From NCBI GenBank assembly GCA_963819815.1, contig CAWFXL010000001.1:352001-416000 (forward strand): 64,000 nucleotides of DNA, in the 5' to 3' direction. Positions 60,844-64,000 of the stretch are shown here, in pieces. This DNA is from an uncultured bacterium (GTDB lineage: Bacteria; Babelota; Babeliae; Babelales; Babelaceae). The notes beneath the pieces were generated by a model. The model searched no databases, was not told where the DNA came from, and saw nothing but the letters and a program-made list of their open reading frames with translations. The number at the start of each line of letters is the position of its first letter. Within the stretch, counting starts at the first letter, position 1. The position numbers and the translations under genes were made by a program.

Positions 60844-62378
60844 CTATAACTCAGTTTTAATCGATGACGTTTGCGCTAGGGCTTCAACTGGCAGTTCAAG
60901 CTCTCTCAAGTACAAATCACATCTTTTTTGTAAAGTTTCTGAACAGAAATCTTCTTTCGTATATTTTCTACCCAGTACAAAGGTCTTGTAGAGCCGGATA
61001 CACAGTTTAGCATAATGCCCCATCCAGTGTGTTATAGAGTAACGATCGATTTTGCGGGTTATCGTGCGATAATCAAGCAACTCATCTATAAAACCGTACC
61101 CCCCGCTAAGGTTTTCCACGCACTGCTCAGAACTATCCTGGATAAGCGTTCTAAGTTTTTCAAAGAGTGCCTGCTTTTTTTCGTCAGCCATTATCGATTC
61201 TGTTAGACAGACCATTTTCTTAAGATAGTCGGCAAAAATCCCTATATCTTTCTGTTTTATCGACTCATTGACGGCAGCCATGTATTCCTTATTACTCCAC
61301 ATAATGGGGGGGAGATATCCCGCTCCTGTGAGGATCCCGACAACAAAGAGGCGAGCAGTCCCTCCATTGCCATCATCAAAGGGATGCAACTTAGCTAACT
61401 CCATATGCAGGTAGGCTGCTGCTTCAAAAGGGTCGGCAAGCTTTCTTTTAGTTTGCCTAAAAATAGTTGCAAGCTTTTCTCTGACTACAGATTGATCTGG
61501 TGCAGCAAGAAAAATACCAGGTTGAGCTTTGACCCACCAGTGGCTTGGATGTGACGGATCTAAAAGTACCTTTAACAGGTGATCTTTCCAAACTTCTGCA
61601 CCTGTGTCGCCCTTATCTGTGCGAATAATCTCATCGGCAAGATACTCATAGGCTTTTAAAGCCTCCGGTTCAGACTGTAAAAGAAATCGAGTCATAGTCC
61701 ATTCATGGTACTGACGATCTGGAGTTAAGATCACTTTAGGATTGGTTCGAAAGGGACTTGGCTCTGTCACATCGCCTTCAATATCCACGCATTTACCAAA
61801 CTCAGTACCGATATAAAAGCATCTTCACTTAATGCTCCAAACCCACTTAGAGCAACAGTTTTTTCAAATTCTTGGAGAGCAATGGCATGATTTCTTCTTT
61901 CGATCAGGTCTTCAAAAATCACTCTATTATCAAGTGCGCACGATCCCAAAAGAGCTGGGTAATACTCTTTAGCTGCCTCTGAAAGTTCGGTGGGTTTGAA
62001 AATTTTTTTCCTCAGCTTAAGTCTCTGTTCCAATCTTTTTTCTTTCTCATTGAGCTGCTCAGGGTTTTCTAATGCTGAAAATACCGTTATTTTCCCCGGA
62101 TGCCTAAAATCTGCATAATAGGGGGGAATCTGGGTAAGAGGGATGGTTAGTTGCGTGGGCCTACATTCTGTCACTCCTAAAAAAGAGACATCAGAAGTTG
62201 TACTTCCCACAAGTCCCAACAGAAAAAGAGCTTTCAGCGAAAAAGTGCCTGTCGTGTTTGAAGTGCTCTTAACCCTTATACTCGATTGTGAGTCGCATAG
62301 AGAAAGGGACTCACTTGTTAGGGTGCTTGAAGAGTGTACGATGCATAGCAATAATAGCCAGAATTTGTTGGTGCGCAT
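60844..62378 (-). pseudogene. Secreted Fic-domain protein split by a frameshift at about 61789
   Basis: Signal peptide in ORF 61767-62378; HPFDDGNGGTAR in overlapping ORF 60844-61788. Confidence 0.7.
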
Positions 62379-62717
62379 AGTTTTCTCGGTTACGATTATT
62401 AGATCCTATTTCACTACTATAAAGGTAGCAATAAAGCGGTAGCTGGTCAAAAACTTTTGTGGTAAACCTGTTACAACACTAGGTATTCTTTCTCACACAA
62501 AAAAATCTACCGAACAGAAAAATACAAGCTACACTTTAGAGTGCCGCTTGTGCAAAAAACCTCAAGCTGTCGGTCCTTTTTGCACATTTGCTCGTACTAT
62601 TGAAATCATCTATACTTTTCAGTGGTCATAGAGCAATCAGCATCAAGTAATTGCTGACTAAAAAAATCTATTTGTAACGTGAAAGAATACTACCAATTTT
62701 TTATCTAAGGATCATGT

Positions 62718-64000
62718 ATGAGGAAGCTCTCCATAGGTTTGTTATGTCTACTCAATAGTCATATACTTCTTGCCAGTCAAGCAACAGTCGCAACAGAGAT
62801 TAAAGACTCTAAGTGGGCTTTGCTTAAAGAGGAAGACGAAGATATTTTGAGCTTTCATACGCCAAGAAAAGAGTCTCCAAAGATTGAACGAAAAAAATTT
62901 AATGGCGTTAGCTTGACTCTGAATGCTCTCGACAAGACGGACACAGGAATTCTCAGCTTTCGTACGCCAAGAGGAGATGGAGCATCTCCAAAAAATAAGC
63001 GTAAGCAGTTTAATGGTTTAAAGCTATCCTTAAGTATGCTCGACCAGGGAGATGAAGCAATTCTGAGCTTTCGCTCTCCAAGAAGGGAAGGCGGGCAGCC
63101 GTCGCCAAAAATTGAAAATAAGGACCTCATAGGCAAAATTCTTTTAGCTTCACTTGAAGATAGTAGTTCATCAGAACTAATACGGCAGACTGGGCAGCTA
63201 TTGAAAGGTGGGCTATCAAATGAAGAAATTATTGAAATAATCCATGCAGTCGCGCTAGAAGAATACTTGGGGAGTTCTCATCCAGCTCTCTGGGAACGCT
63301 TTATCAAAGTGAAGATAGGACTCTCACCGCTTCACATTGCTGCTCGTCAAGGTCACCTAGTCGGAGTAAGAAAGATTCTTGCTCAAGGGGTCCAGGTCGA
63401 CGAGCCGAACAATAGAGGATTTACTGCGTTAGTTTTGGCTGCGCAAGCAGGACATGTTGAGGTTGTGAGACTGCTCTTAGACAATGGTGCGCTCTCTGAT
63501 GTGGGCATATTAACCGCATTACATGCGGCAGCCTGGTCAGGACAGACAAAAACATTAGCAGTTCTTCTTGAAGGAACGGTCAATACTGAAGCAAGAGATT
63601 ATAACGAGGCTACAGCATTACATCTTGCAGCTTATGGAGGAAATGTAGAAGCACTAGAGCTCCTTCTTAGGAAGGGCGCACACCTAGAAGCCCAAGCATC
63701 AAATGGGGCAACAGCTTTGCATTGTGCTGCGTCTGCTGGACACCTACATGCGCTTAATTTTTTACTTACTCAGAATGTAAACCTTGAGGCTACTACATCA
63801 GATGGCTATACTGCGCTACACCTAGCTACGCGGGCTAACCACATTGAAGTGATGAGATGCTTACTTGATAAAAAAGCAAACATTGAAGCAACAACACATG
63901 GAGGATTTACCGCACTACATATTGCTGCCGGGAATGATCTTCTACAACCTATAAGCCTACTTCTTGAAAGAAAAGCTGCTCTTGATGCAAAAACTAAACA
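62718..64000 (+). CDS. Secreted ankyrin repeat protein with N-terminal triple repeat (3' partial; missed by the ORF track)
   Basis: AAGGA RBS; MRKLSIGLLCLLNSHILLAS; SPLHIAARQGH, TALHAAA, TALHLAA; open to the window end. Confidence 0.9.
   Translation, partial: MRKLSIGLLCLLNSHILLASQATVATEIKDSKWALLKEEDEDILSFHTPRKESPKIERKKFNGVSLTLNALDKTDTGILSFRTPRGDGASPKNKRKQFNGLKLSLSMLDQGDEAILSFRSPRREGGQPSPKIENKDLIGKILLASLEDSSSSELIRQTGQLLKGGLSNEEIIEIIHAVALEEYLGSSHPALWERFIKVKIGLSPLHIAARQGHLVGVRKILAQGVQVDEPNNRGFTALVLAAQAGHVEVVRLLLDNGALSDVGILTALHAAAWSGQTKTLAVLLEGTVNTEARDYNEATALHLAAYGGNVEALELLLRKGAHLEAQASNGATALHCAASAGHLHALNFLLTQNVNLEATTSDGYTALHLATRANHIEVMRCLLDKKANIEATTHGGFTALHIAAGNDLLQPISLLLERKAALDAKTK

Noticed and set aside
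62855..63583. Minus-strand ORFs 62855-63136 and 63383-63583
   Set aside because: Antisense shadows of the plus-strand ankyrin gene starting at 62718

Overview
This AT-rich bacterial accessory region has no core housekeeping operon. It is dominated by signal-peptide-bearing proteins with eukaryote-like domains: many ankyrin repeats, Sel1/TPR, WD40, MYND zinc fingers and a Skp1/POZ-like domain. That profile suggests an intracellular parasite of protists; Candidatus Dependentiae/Babelota (TM6) is my inference, not something the sequence proves. The most striking structure (8-23 kb) is an expanded family of at least 8 secreted, very Cys-rich, PstS/DING-like paralogs: 4 intact, 2 singly disrupted and 2 remnants. 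They carry a CxPCxxPCxPC tail and have no pstCAB nearby. Most sit in self-contained cassettes with a conserved TTGATT-N18-TATAGT promoter, a covarying leader hairpin and an identical terminator stem. One of these terminators is followed by the 5' part of a group IIC intron. The window also contains two 199-bp non-autonomous IS200/IS605 elements that keep essentially only the tnpB right-end (omega-RNA) region, plus a tnpB remnant. Two small modules are bracketed by direct repeats (a PLD-family gene and an AbiE toxin-antitoxin pair). There is a D-amino-acid enzyme cluster, and several candidate host-mimicking effectors (Skp1-M48 peptidase, MAPK-docking-like repeats, acidic-Trp tail). Several genes carry single frameshifts or stops. 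No CRISPR array, rRNA or tRNA was found.
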